Shown here piece after piece: positions 1 to 13,500 of a stretch of DNA of 64,000 bases. A model generated the notes under the pieces. That model was not told the origin of the DNA, searched no databases, and saw only the letters and a list, made by a program, of their open reading frames with translations. The stretch covers positions 3,410,001 to 3,474,000 of the forward strand of contig CM022670.1 in assembly GCA_012295275.1 (NCBI GenBank), read 5' to 3'. The position numbers were made by a program, and so were the translations under genes. The DNA is from Chrysomallon squamiferum (taxonomy: Eukaryota > Animalia > Mollusca). Each line of letters begins with the position of its first letter. Within the stretch, counting starts at the first letter, position 1.

Positions 1-423
1 TATTAAATATATGTCTGAATATATTTGTTTAAATTTATTATTTTCTGTAATTTACAAGTAAAAACAGCAGTTTTCATACTCTGAAATTATCTTTAGTTTT
101 ATTATTATAATTTTTCTTCTTCTTCTTCTTCTTATTATTATTTAGTGGTGTTTATTTTCTCTATTTGTCCATTTTAAATTACAGAGTATAATTCACTGAA
201 TTATACTTCTTTCTTGCAGATTTTATGCTTCTAAATCTGATTGTTTACTCATCATATATATATTAAATGCTTACAAATTTAAGTAGATTTATTTAAAATT
301 TATTTATTAACATATTTTATTTCTATGTTTGATTATTTATTTATTTATGTAAGTTGTGTCAATGATTCGCTTTAAAATTGTAATAATATAAATGGTGATA
401 CAGCAAACATATTGCACTTTTTA

Positions 424-466
<43 letters not shown>

Positions 467-2197
467 TTTTTTTTTTATTTTTTATGTTTTATTTTGTTTT
501 TAAAGATGCATGTAATTTATTTTTATTGTTCTTATATATTATTAAAATAGCCTGTTTCGACTTCATCTGAGTTTTTATTTATTGTCTTGAAAAAAGCAAT
601 TGATTCTTATTCAGATATATTATATGAGTTTTAATGAGATACTATGTCCCTGAGTATTTAGAGTGAAATCCTGAAGCTTGATGCTTCACAGGATTGATCA
701 TGTTTGGCCCACACATCAGGCATTTTAACATTAAAGTATCAATGTGATGACGTAAGTACGTAAACAATGGTACCTTGCTGTTAGCTGATGAATTTTATTT
801 AAAATAAAATGTACAATCTTTTTTTATACTTTTTTGAACAAAATTATATTAATAAATGACATTCTTAAAATGCATACAAGATTTAAAAAACAACAAAAAA
901 CAAAACAAAACGACACCAAACAAACAAACTCCATTATTTAGTTTAATGGGATATTTCATGGTATTAAATTATTTACATAATATATATTGATAGTATTTTT
1001 CTGTACATCATTTACCACAATCTGAGTTCAATAAGCAGATTAATGTATTATAGGATTAACAAAAACAAATATATCTGTGTCTTGAGTAATAGTTTTGGTG
1101 TGCACTTGTTAAGAATATACAGGGTAGAATACTTATACAGATACAGACACAAAAACAGAAACACATAAGAGACACAGTAACGTACAAACAAACATTCATA
1201 AATAGTTACATTCGCAAAAAAGGCATAACGTAAATAAAAGATACGTACATAGATGCATTCATCCATCCATAACACATACATACATACATATATATATACA
1301 TACAAACATACGAACATACATATATACACATCCATATATAATATAAATACAGAAACAGAGGAAGCAACAAATCTACTGCACTGTCGGCTTGCATATATAT
1401 ACAAAATAAAAATATTCATTACTATAAATGAGCCTACTTTTTGTATACCTAGAGAAAAAGGAAAATCGTCGGTCATGAGGAAAAAAACCCATAATGAAAT
1501 ATTAAACTATATTTCAGATTGTTTCCTCTTTCGGTGAAATAAACATATTGGCTTATTCATAGAGGGACACATTCATTTTGTTGAGCAATTAACTCCCATT
1601 TTTGTTTGATCGTAACAAATGTAATTTATAGAATGTACATGGTTTATTTTAATCAGGGGTATTTGAAATAAAAGATTAAAAAATATATATATTTCATTCT
1701 GAAAGATATAATTTATATAAGGTATATCATATTCGAAAATTTGAAATTGTCTCGTAATCGGTACATGTAACAGCGGTGACAAGACTATCATAGATAAAGA
1801 AGGTATACAGACTGATAGAGAGACAGGAAAGACAGAGAGCATAGATAGAGAATGGAAAAGAAGAAGCAGAAAACAGAGAAAGAGGAGATACATTTATATG
1901 TCGATCCATCCATCATCATAAAGCTATATTTGCATCTGTTTATGTAACAGAATTTAATTAATAAATTAAAAAATTAATACGAATTTATCTAGGACTGCCT
2001 GTAGCATAATCAGTCAATTACTTATATCAGTTATTTCAACAACTTGTTTTCAGAGGAAATAGGGCAAAATAAATAAATAAATAAATAAATAATATTAGTC
2101 CCAGCTCTAAACATACGAAGAGCTAATTTTAAATGAACTAGTATCAGTTTTCTTAATGTGTACTTGTATATATAAAAATAAACTGCATTCTTTACTT

Positions 2198-2259
<62 letters not shown>
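2198..2259. repeat. (CA)n(GA)n microsatellite; mirror 25588-25670
   Basis: Direct observation. Confidence 0.95.
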
Positions 2260-2262
<3 letters not shown>

Positions 2263-2355
2263 ATACATACCCACTCATACGTACATACATAAATACATGC
2301 ATACATACATTCACTTTCACTGTGCCATTTTTTCCGTACCCCCCACCTTTTACAG

Positions 2356-2914
2356 TACAAGACAATGTTCTCATAGAGAGTTCAGTAAGAAATGGAATGA
2401 CTCCACTGGAGAATTATGAACGTTCGATAAGAGATGAAGATACTCTCCTGAAAAGTGGAGACAGATCTTTTAGAGATGCGAAAGTTTAGTACATATTGAG
2501 GAAAGGTCTTTTGAAAGAAATGATGATACACAACTAACAAATGAAAACAGACAACTTGCAAATGAAGTTCCACCTCTAGAAAATTAAAATAATTCACTAA
2601 CAAATCACAACATTGCTCTGAGACAAGAAAATAATAAACCTGGAGATGATAACAATCAAAACAAAGATGAACCCAGATTAAACAAAGAGGAAATTAATCC
2701 TGAGGTACATCAGATTAATACAGAAATTAAAAGCCGAGTCAAACTAATAGGTTTTGAAGATTATGCAACAGCTGAAGGCAGAAGACCTGGTATTGGTCAT
2801 GGGTATGGCTTTTTTATGTGCTCACGTCCAAATCAAGGTTCAGTCACGCCTATCTCATATCCGATCTCTGGCATAATTCACAACATGTTATACAATAGCA
2901 GTATAACATTATAA
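2356..2914 (+). pseudogene. Orphan exon relic of an unidentified gene (mirror 25488-24927, -)
   Basis: CCTTTTACAG acceptor followed by about 185 codons of acidic/Asn-rich frame with one frameshift (about 2485) and one stop (2585-2587). Confidence 0.45.
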
Positions 2915-3354
2915 AATAGTATAGTAATTATAATGCAGAAAACTGGCCCAAACGTCTTTCTCGCTTACCAGATATTTTCTCTTTTTTCTTGAACTCTCTT
3001 TCACTGCAGTCAGAGAGATAACATCTCACACCCCTAGCCAATACTGACAGACCATTATTCTCCTGGGTTTCTTAAGATAACATCAGTGACACTATTTACC
3101 ATATGTTAATGTCTCTAGTGTCTTGGAGGAATTTCCCAAGTACTTTACGTCTAAACAAGGAGAAATAAACCTCAGACAAATTAATGGTCTTTAGATTATG
3201 CTTGGTGTTTTTAGTTCAGTCCTTCACGTGAATAAACTGATATTCATAAATTTTTCATTTGATTTGTATGTAATATGAATTCCATGTTTAAAAGAATATG
3301 GCTCTTGGTCAATTCATTTTTCTAATCAAACATGTCACCTATCTATCTATAAGG

Positions 3355-3355
<1 letters not shown>

Positions 3356-3422
<67 letters not shown>
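3356..3422. repeat. (TC)n microsatellite; mirror 24378-24474
   Basis: Direct observation. Confidence 0.95.
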
Positions 3423-3426
<4 letters not shown>

Positions 3427-3832
3427 GTGTGACGGGTCTGATAAAAATAAAAATTTGTATGTCAGTAAAGTAATCAAATCTCGTCCCATCACAAAATAAT
3501 AAACTATTCGGATTTCAGTATATATTCAGTATGAATTATTTATCTCTCTTTTGAGGGACACTATATCTGAAAGACCAGAATCTGTTTTGTGACGGGTCTG
3601 ATAAAAATTTGTATGTCAGTAATGTAATCAAATCTCGTCCCATCACAAAATAATAAACTATTCGGATTTCAGTATATATTCTGATATATATCTGTAGCGT
3701 CTTTTGATTCTGGTCTTTCAGATACAGTGTTCCTCAAAGAGATGATAAAACGTTAATTCATATTTTCACAATTACTCCGTAAGCCCCCCCCCCCCGGTTA
3801 CTGTTTTTACGTACCGCAATCTAACATCCAAA

Positions 3833-6800
3833 ATGGCGGAATCGGTAGCAGACGGCGTAGCTGATTTAAAAGGTATTCGAGATGATGTGTTGGTTTCATA
3901 TCTTCCTGATAGCTCGGGCCTTTCCAGAAAAGCACAAGAGAAAGGTTTAAATTATTTTACGCAAGGCTTCATCCACGATTTAAAAATTTCCCACGAAAAT
4001 CAACCGAAAGTGAATGCGAGATGCTGGCGTTCCATGAGAAACGACGACTCGGCACACAATCTGCATACTGTTAACTACTTCTGTAAAAAGCTGGGTGAGT
4101 ATATTTTGCTATTAAACTCTATTTTACAGCATGGTTTATTTTAGTGCAAAGAAAAAAGAAAAGTAACAAACCAGAATATAACAAATGTCTTAAAGCTGCA
4201 CTGTGAAGAACATTTACAATAAATCGCCCAACTGTTTAGTTTGAATTCACCTCTCAACCAACTTCGGTCATTTGGATCACTACACACACAGCACAGGTTT
4301 TGTACACTGTCTATTGGTCCATTGTGCCATGACTGGTATACACTACTTTGTGGGATGGTACTGCTAATCAAAAATAATAGCCCATGAAGTGGCAACAGCA
4401 GGTTTTCTCTCTCATTATAGTGTGGTCCTTAACTATATCACATATGTCCGACAAAATATGTCCATAAATAAAATGTGCTGAGTATAAATATTTCTTTCTT
4501 CTTTTTTTCTGTTCAGTGGCTGTGTTGGCATGCATATTATTTATATTTAGGTAATTCATATATAGCTAAATATCAACTGAGTCAGTGTGTGTATTACTAT
4601 TATTTGAAAAAGAACAGGTGTTCATGTTTATAAATGCCTTTCTTTTCTTTTTGTACAGACAGGCTAATCACACATTATTGGGCTCTTAAAAACCTTACAA
4701 GGATTCAAGCAGCACAATTTAACATCAGTCCCAGGACAGCAGAGTTCTATGAGCATTCCAAAACAGTGGGGCACTCCAAAGGATGAAAATAACTCCAGTG
4801 CCAGTGATTCATGTTATGGTGGAAAGACCCACAGCAGAAGTCATAAAAAGAAAGCCTGTATTGTGTCAGTTGGACCCAGAGAAGAAGTAAGACTTACAGT
4901 GTTGATTTGTTCTTTAATACTATAGGCAGTATACCTATTGTAGTTATATCTATTCATTTTGAAATTGACATCCACTCTTTGAGATTTTTATCATATTTCT
5001 GGAATATTTTAATATGTTTTGCAAGTTCTTTGGATATTGTAAAGTTGCATTTAAGAGTCTTTAATACTCTCTATAAATGGAGAGAAATAAATAATAAACA
5101 ATGTACATGTATATTTTAATCAATATAATAAAACACAGAATTGATTATGTTTTGCATAAACTAATATTTAACTGGAATCCAGTATGATACTTTAAAAATA
5201 TTGTGCTGCTAACATATGAAATTATTATGCATGTAAATACATCTGCAACATGAATACATCCATGGCCATAATTAAACTCTTTTTTAAATGAGGCCAAAAC
5301 ACTTAATAGTTACAGCCTTGACACCAAAATGACAACAATGTTAAATTCATTTATAACAAGTACACTAAATACTACACCTTAATAGTTGTAAAACTGGCAG
5401 GAAGACTTGGATTATTTTTATTTGGGTCACAGTTGGCAGAGGATTTCTAAGCAAACTGTAAACAATATGTTTTACTACATCTGTAGGTAGATACAATAAT
5501 CATTGTCTTTGAACAGGTCTTACAATATTTTCTGTAAAATATAGCAGTTGCTAATGCATCATATTTTTTTTGTAAAGTTTTATTTGTTTGTTTTGAGTTA
5601 GCATATAGCTTAGCATATGGTTATGCAACACATGAAATAATTCTTTATATTTCAGATGTCCTCTTGTCAAATTTTGTTTGTTAAAAATGCCAATGGGATA
5701 TATTTTATCAAAAGATGGACCTAGAGTGGATACATCTTTTGGGAAAGTATCTGATGGATCACTGTTATTATATCAGGTAAAAATCAATTTCCAATTTTCC
5801 AAATTTGTTTATCTGTAATAAATGCATCTTGAAACAATGTCAAAAAGCAACAAACTGCCCAAATCTGGTTTATGTTCTGGAAGAGCAAAGCTGGGATTTT
5901 ATGAAAGATAATTATGTAGTTTTTTATTTTGACAATTACTCTTTTGGTGTGAGTTTGATGTTTTGCAATTTATTCTGTCTGTTCTGCATCTCCTGGGGAC
6001 ATCAGTGAACCTGTTGAAGCAAATGGTGGTATATTTAACTTTAATCCTAGCTTTTCTAATTCTTTCCCATTGGTAAATCCTTTGTTTGCCATGATAACAT
6101 CTCCTTCCAGTAAATAAAGGAAATTCTTATGTTCAATCCATGTATTAAAAATGTAGAAGATTGCATTGAAAGTCCAGATCACATGGATATGTCTTTTAGG
6201 CCTAAATTATGCTGCAATATACACAAACATAGAAAAAGACAGTCTTTCAAGGCAAGCCTTTTAATGTTATGCCTGCTTTTCCTGTAAGAAGATCAAGGAG
6301 TACAAGAAATCTTAGCAGCTTTAATCCTGTGTAATACTGGAACAGATCTTTCAGTTTTCCTTCTCTTCTACAGATAATATCAAAACCAAAGTTTTCTCCA
6401 TCTATGTTTTTCTCTAATTCTGTTAATTCGTGTCTTCTATTCTTATACTTTGTTAAGCAATTCCTGATTTTGCATTGTTGTCTCCTTTAAATGTTTTTGA
6501 AGTTTGTGACTATCTGCACTAAGTACCAGGAAATGAAGTGGGGAAACCCCTGAAAAGATATGAATGAAAAAGTCATATTTAATGTACAAAATATTTTATA
6601 TTTTAGACAAGAAATAAAGAAACTTCAAAAATATAGAAGCCTCTGTGGATACTGGATGTGGCAATATACTATTTCCAAAAACAGTACCTGAAAAGTTGCT
6701 TAAATAAAGATTTTGCCATGATTGATGCAGAAAAACAGGAAGGCCAGACACATATACAGGCAAATTGATCAAAATGAATAACAGTGTCAAAATTTTTGAA

Positions 6801-7210
6801 AATTTTACAACTGAAGTCTGTACCATTTCAAAATTTTTGGAGCATACATTTAACACCAAAGAGATAGCTGCTCCCTTAGAATATGGCAGAAGAAATGAAC
6901 CAAACACAAAAGCCAAGTAGCTTGAACTGTGTCTTACAAGACACACATATGAAAAATGATGAATGTGGACTAATGGTAAATAAAGAATTTTTGTTTTTAG
7001 ATGACAGCCCAGATGGTAAAGTTTTTGATAACAATGATTGTGGCATAAATGAGGTCAAATGCCTGAATAGTGCAAGAGACCTTACAATTAATTAAGCAGT
7101 TGATGAACTTAAACATTTTATTTTGAAAAGGAAAGGCAATACAGTTATTCTGCTCAAAATCATCAATACTATGACCAGGTTCAAGGAGAGCTGATGGTAA
7201 TTGGCTCAAA
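3833..7210 (+). pseudogene. SWIM zinc-finger/YqaJ-like exonuclease gene relic of the transposon
   Basis: Exon relics 3833-4094 (KGLNYF..ARCWRSMR), about 4660-4886 (HIIGLL..SIPKQWGTP), 5656-5776 (DTSFGKVSDGSLLLYQ), 6607-7210 (LEYGRRNEP, SPDG, EVKC, YYDQVQG), with recognisable splice sites. Confidence 0.72.
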
Positions 7211-7442
7211 GTTGTGTTTAAATTTGATTTTTAAATAAATAACCATAAAATACCTAAATTTGAGATAATTTCATGCATAATTAGGCTTACCATAGCACAA
7301 ATACTTGTGCTTGTTTATGTTATCAACATTTAATATCGAGTGTGGTCGTCCACATAGTTGAATCCATTTTAAACATTTTTTTGTTTTGTGTTTTGGGCTT
7401 TGGAAATGATATTAATGTCCCCCAAACACATTGCCTCACCAT
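5790..7442 (-). pseudogene. THAP + HTH + DDE_Tnp_4 transposase relic, internally deleted
   Basis: THAP exon 7442-7291 ending in GTAAG; acceptor at about 6550; FNTWI and GDVIMANKGF..IPPF motifs at 6182-5810. Confidence 0.72.
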
Positions 7443-9789
7443 TGTTCCTATGAATAATGCCTGCAAACAAAGGAAGTATTATATAACTGTGACTCCATTT
7501 ATTAGTTGTCAAGAGAATACAATGAAATGTATTATACAGAACACTGCCATAAACACAAAAGAAACTATAGTATCTTGTCATAAAAATAAGGTAATAAAGT
7601 ATTCTAAACAAAGGCCTTATATTTATTTATTTTTGTTATTACGTTTATATTTCATTACTATGGGATATATTATATGTGGAATTTTGCCAGTGATAAATGG
7701 ACAGATTCATAACATATATTCATTTTTACCTCTATATTACCTCTTTGCCAGACTTGTTTTTAATAATAAATTTGTATTCTCTGTAGTGAATTACATAATG
7801 TTCGTAAAACACTTATTATTATATGCCCATTTAAAGCAGAATGTCTGGTACATTTTATATTAAGGATATTATTATATTACAGTAATATTTATTAAGCTGT
7901 AGTGTATAACAATGTTTACAAATTCATATTTTTATGGGTTTTCAATGTTTAGCTAATTAATGTCAGAATATAGTCATAACGTCACAAAAAGTAATTAGCA
8001 GAGAATATTCAGACATCCATGGGCTGTTTAGAAGCTATATTATATAATTAGGGGTAGTTCTATTATTTTGTAAACAAAGAAACACTGGGATTAACTAAGA
8101 AAAAGCATTTAAATTGCAAAGTAAGTTCAGAAAGGCTGCCAGTAGAGGTGTGTCATCAACACTTGCATGAGCCCTGTAATATATCTGGCGCACATTTTAA
8201 ACGAGATCTTTTGATTAGTGCCCAGTCTTGCGACACACTGACTGAGGGACCTGTACTCAGAACAAAGGATCACTTATGGAAGGGTAATTATGCTTTAAAT
8301 CATGTGGATTGATAGAACATAGACAAGTATATTTTTGTTTGATTTATTGTGTTATTGTGTTATTGTGTTATTATTACTTATACTTATATTTGCATTTGTA
8401 TTGACTTGTGAGAATCTTACGATTAAATTATATGTTACCACTGGTTAATTTATGTGATATACAAAACAATTACCCATATTCAATTCTTGATTGTGTTATT
8501 ATTCTCTATTGGATATAGACTAGTCATTCAGTAGTTTATGCTGTCTTAGATCATAAACACCTTGTCATGTGACACTGTTATAGTCTGCTACCCCTTAAAC
8601 AGGACGAGCAAATTTCAAGGTATTAATATTAGTCTGACTAGTCACCGTGACATAGATACATACAGAATATTTGAGAGGTAGGTATATCTATCTTTTAAAT
8701 GATAAATCAAATAAAAATTATCACTGTAGGAATACACACACCCACACACCCACCAACTCACATTCATCCATCCTTATTTACATGCATACATGCATATATT
8801 AAAATAATTAAATAAAAGAATATATATAGTGCACCAGTATTGACTTAGATTTTAAATTACGTCATATTTCTTTATGAACTTAGATGATAATTAATTAAAA
8901 ACTGTAACAATTAGGAGTTTAAAAAGTAAAAGTTTTGTTTCTATGTATCATAATTGGCAGTGTTAATTTTCAAACTCTTGATCCTTTAATTGTTTGGACA
9001 GGAAGGAAAACTGATTTAATGAAGAATTATAAAATATCTAAATGCTATTATCTGGAAACTGAATTATTTAATTTGCTGTTAGTTTGAAAATGTTTTGCGT
9101 TTTTGTTATACTGATGGATTAATGCAATTTTTAATAAACTGAAGGACTTCAGTTATTTTGCACCTTGAAGCTAATTAATTAATTTTTTAATTTTTAAAAT
9201 GGAATTCTAATTGCTATGGTCAAAATTGTACATAAGTGTCTAAAGTTTTCTGATACTGAAAACACTTTTAAAAATAAATTTGTTTCTAGTTCAGTCCTTT
9301 ATATAACAGATGAAAATATATCTATGTATTTAATCATTAATGTATAGCAAGGCTAAGCTCAAGGTTTCAATCGATTGCACAAATACAAAGTTGTCTGTAG
9401 ACTATTCAAATTATTTATCTTGTTATCAGACATGTTACAGTTTGCCTTCATTACTTTGGAAAATAAACCATGAATTGCTGATTCAACAAGAATAAAAAAT
9501 CTCCCCTTTCTAATCTCAGAATGCAATACAAAACAACATTACTGAAAAATGAAAAATAGTTATAATTGTATCATAACATTTGGCTTGAATGAACATCACA
9601 TCTGTTTAATCTGATGATGTAGGTGTTTTGCTTTTTTAAATTCTTTTATTGTGGAATATGATTTCCACTGTTTATGTCAATGAACAACGAATATTTACAT
9701 TTAAAATGAATTAGATTAAGACAGCAAGTTGTTTTTGTAATGTTTACTATTTTTTTTTTTTTCTGGTTCAATGTCTATGCCCATGGAAA

Positions 9790-10400
9790 TTAAAATAAAT
9801 TATATTGTAATAGAGATATAGTAATAGTTATTGTCATAGTAATACTAACATTAAAAGAAGTAATTTGTTGTTTTAGCAGTAACAGGAACAATGTTAGAAA
9901 TAATAACAGGAATGCTAGTAATAAAGGTATGAATGTCAGTAATACTATTCTTTTTTTTACGATAGTACTAGCAATGGTTTCTTGTTCTTAAGTATCTGAA
10001 GTAATAGAATTAGCAGCACCATTAACAATTACAATTAAAAATATTAACAGGAATGCTGATGATAGCAGCTAGTAGATATAATGCAAAAACAATATTGCTT
10101 CTAGTGTTGACAACAAGAATACTAGTAAATGTAGTAGCAGTATGAGTAATATTATTGCATCATGTGGTAGTAACAGGAATGCTAGTAATAGTAGTATAAT
10201 ATATCACTGCTGCTGCTGTTGACAAAAGTATTTAGAACAATATAAATAATGTTATTATTGCTGCTTCTGATAGTAATACTGACAGGAATTGCATTAAAAT
10301 AAGTAATGTTATGTCTGTGTGTGATAGTAATAGTAATAAGAATGCTAGTAATAGTACTAGTAATATTATCATCTCTGGTAGTGTCGGTAGTAACAGTATT
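9790..10400 (+). repeat. Degenerate ~60-bp minisatellite (AACAGGAATGCTAGTAATAGTAGTA core) upstream of exon 1; also in copies B, C and D
   Basis: Core recurs near 9880, 9905, 10045, 10112, 10172, 10281, 10336. Confidence 0.65.
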
Positions 10401-10515
10401 GTTTAATGAACATCATTATCAATTAAAACAAAATTATTTCCTTATTATGAAATAATAATCAGGCATATTTAATTATCAAAAATATTTGATCAGTGGACAT
10501 TGGCCTAGCAGGAGA

Positions 10516-13500
10516 ATGAATGACACACAGCTGTTGCACAGAGGAGGCAGAGAGACATCTGAGGACAGCGATGTCCAACAAGAGGCTATGACATTCTGAG
10601 CAGAGATTAAAAAAAAAAAAAAAAAAACTACTGAAAAGAATGTCACGATTTGAACAGTGCTACTTCAAGCTTGCTTGTGAATCTAAACTAATCCCAGAGA
10701 GGAAGAGAATAGATTTTGTTCTTCTGTACCCAAATAAAAGCAGCAGTGAGGCAAAAGATGAAGGGTATCGAACCAGATTTGAAAAATTGTTAGAGAAGGA
10801 AGGTTTTTTTATAGATAAAGAACCAATTGGAGATATGATGTATGTGAAACTTCACTGTCCGTTCAAACGTCTGTGTGTTGAGGCAGAGAGAACTCATTTG
10901 GAGATGCCTCTTAAAGGTGTAAGTGTTTTAATAATGAGGAAAGATTACATGGAGTTTGGCAGTATGAGATTCACTGGTATTTATTTATTTATTGTTTATT
11001 TACTTTTTTTATTTATTTCCTCTTTTCTTTTTTTCATTCTTTCTTTCTTTCTTTCTTTCTTTCTTTACTTATTTATTCTTTTATTTATTTATTTATTTAT
11101 GAGGGGTGACAAAATATGTGAGAATGATTGCTTCATGTACAGAGTGAAATTACATCAAATGATACAACCTTTTGATTTATTTCTAGCTGGATTACTCAGC
11201 TGATATCGATCTGTATTTGTTTCTGATTATCTTTCTGTTTTTGTTATTGTCTTTATTACTATTATCATTATTATTATCATTAATATATTAATAAGAGTGA
11301 GAGTCATAATAATAACAACAACAACATGTGTAATCTCTGAATTTTCTTTACCAGATTTTTGTGTAGTGATTTGATGTTTTTAACCTTTGCTTAATGATAA
11401 ATGCATGGCCTTATAGCAAAAATGTTTTGCTATTTGGTTAGAAATAGAACATAAGTAAAATGTAATACAATAAACTGAGGATTCTGTTAAAACTCACTGT
11501 ATTATGTACAAGGAAAGTAAAATTGTGGTTGTTAGGGTGATCACTGAAGTTACTATGGAGATTAAGATATAAACATTTTCTTTTGTTTTTCAGGCTAAGA
11601 TCGAAGAAGATAAACTTAAAGGAATTTCAAAATGCATTCACAATAATTTTGAAACTGATAATGAATGTAATTATAAAAATTATAAAATTATTTTCATTAA
11701 ATTTCATGGCATTGTTTTAAAACTTTTTATTATTACTCAATTTATTTTATTATTCAATTTTTTTAACATAAATGTGCAAAGTTGAAGAACAAATTTATGA
11801 AAACAGTTCTTATAAATATTATATTTGAAGTGCAATCTATGGCAATATTAACAAGTAATCTAATAAATTGTTTATATTTCTAATATCTGATTCTTGATAA
11901 ATTATTAATAGTAAAGGTTTGCATAAAAAATAGAAACAAAATCTAAAAATCCCCAAAAGATCCCCATGCCACAAATACAGTAATAATAATAATAATAAAA
12001 AAGAAAAAAAAAACCAAAACCACATACCTTTGAAGTATGCTAGAATATTTAGACTATTTTTTTTACATAATAACCAAAAATACACTTTACTAATATAATT
12101 ATGTATAATAATGTAATTTTAGTCATTAGATTTTTCTTTTTTCAGCTGATTTTGTCAGCGCTCAGTTTTTGATGAAACGGATTTCATTGTTTGAAAATTA
12201 TGAAAATCCTACAGAATTCTTCCGACCTGCCATGAGGTCATTTCTTGTGAGTAAAATACTTTAAAAAATTTGACTTATACTTAAAATCTACTTTAAATGA
12301 GCATGTGAAATTTGTCAGTATATAGTATTTATCGAAAATATATTAAATACTGTAAATGTTATTTTAAATAAAACCTAACTAAAGTTTAAGTTATATTTTA
12401 TAATATATATATGATTTTATATTAAAAGAAAAATATCTAGAATGTATATAAAATTTTATATTAGATAAAATGTCATATTTAATGAAAATATATCTAAAAT
12501 TTAATTAAATGTTGTTATAAAACATTTATCTTAATTTTAGATATATTTTATTCAATAAGATCAATTTTATATGTAAACTTAAATTATATGAAATAAAATA
12601 TGTCTATAAGGTATGCAAGATTTTATGAAATAGAATATTGAATCTTTTAAAATATAAGTTGTATCTAAACGTGGCATATTTTACATCAGTGTAGATCAAT
12701 TTTTAAAATAAAATTGTATTTATTTGTTTTCTTCTTTTTGTAATTGATATTTATTATTTTTATTTATTTATTTATTTATTATTATTGTTGCTAATAACAT
12801 AGTTTGTGTTTGTATTATTTATTTATTCATTTATTGACTTCAGACCTATCATATATTGATAAATCTTGACATCAGAACTGAGGAGGAGAAAACCCAGGGT
12901 TCTGCTGATGATGATGACCAAGAAGAAATGTCTTGTTGGGAAAAATGTTTTCATCCTTGGTTTAACAGAAAAAATGCAGAAACACCTGAACAGAATACAG
13001 AAAAAAGAAAAATTCTCAAGAAAAAAGGTGAGTAGAAGGTTAAAATTTGTCATTCAGTCATTTGTGATGTTAGATGTTTATTGTTTTAGTATATAATTGT
13101 CACTTTTAGATGTTCTGTAAATCAAAGTGTTATTTATGGGAAAAAAATATAAACAAAATTAAAAGTATTTAAGAATAAAAAATAAAGTTAAAATAGAATT
13201 AAATAAAATAAAATTATAATTAAGAAAAAAGAAAAGAAGAAAGAATTAAAAGAAAAATCATTTCTATTATTTATATATTGACCATTAATTTTAATTTTAA
13301 TTTAATTATTGAAAATTTAAAAAAAAAAAAAAAAAAAATAAAAAAAAAAAAAATAAATAATAAGCATTGTGAAAAAATTGAAAGCTTAAAATATTCATTA
13401 TTTATTTCCTTAAAAATGAAAAACATGTAAATTTGTAAATTTGTAAATTTTAAAAATTAAAAAATTAATTATTTTCCCTTGAAGAACATTTTGAATTATT

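Larger units (their letters stand above)
3833..7442. mobile_element. Decayed ISL2EU-like (PIF/Harbinger group) DNA transposon: THAP-HTH-DDE transposase (-) and SWIM/YqaJ exonuclease gene (+)
   Basis: YqaJ motifs ECGLMVNKEFLFLxDSPDGKV..GIxEVKC and HQYYDQVQG; DDE_Tnp_4-like GDVIMANKGF...LNIPPF...INQIWAVCC; THAP-like MVRQCVWGT...KWIQLCGRPH. Many stops and frameshifts; termini not identified. Confidence 0.75.
608..11100 (+). repeat. Left arm of large inverted segmental duplication
   Basis: Reverse complement of 15859-27253: outer junction tattcagatatat (608) vs atatatctgaata (27253); mirrored ORFs such as 3833-4144(+) and 23651-23962(-) translate identically. Confidence 0.93.

Noticed and set aside
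1048-2419. ORF-track proteins rich in C/V/Y/M/I or ER/SL repeats (also 25470-26804, 36284-37555, 43645-43995, 47115-47584)
   Set aside because: Translations of microsatellites and low-complexity AT-rich DNA, with no domain signal
8110-8330. GC-richer block upstream of the anoctamin copies (ORF 56409-56630, MCHQHSHESC...)
   Set aside because: Frame not preserved across the three copies and no family recognised with confidence
9790-10400. Repeat-spacer-like pattern suggestive of a CRISPR array
   Set aside because: Degenerate intronic minisatellite in eukaryotic DNA; units are not identical, spacers are related to each other, and there are no cas genes
10919-11203. Hydrophobic F/L/I-rich tail after EMPLKG that looks like a transmembrane segment
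   Set aside because: Read-through of T-rich intron 1 past a consensus GTAAGT donor
12823-13096. ORFs MTSELRRRK... and their antisense partners (also 51711-51984, 60758-60946)
   Set aside because: Wrong-frame or antisense readings of anoctamin exon 4
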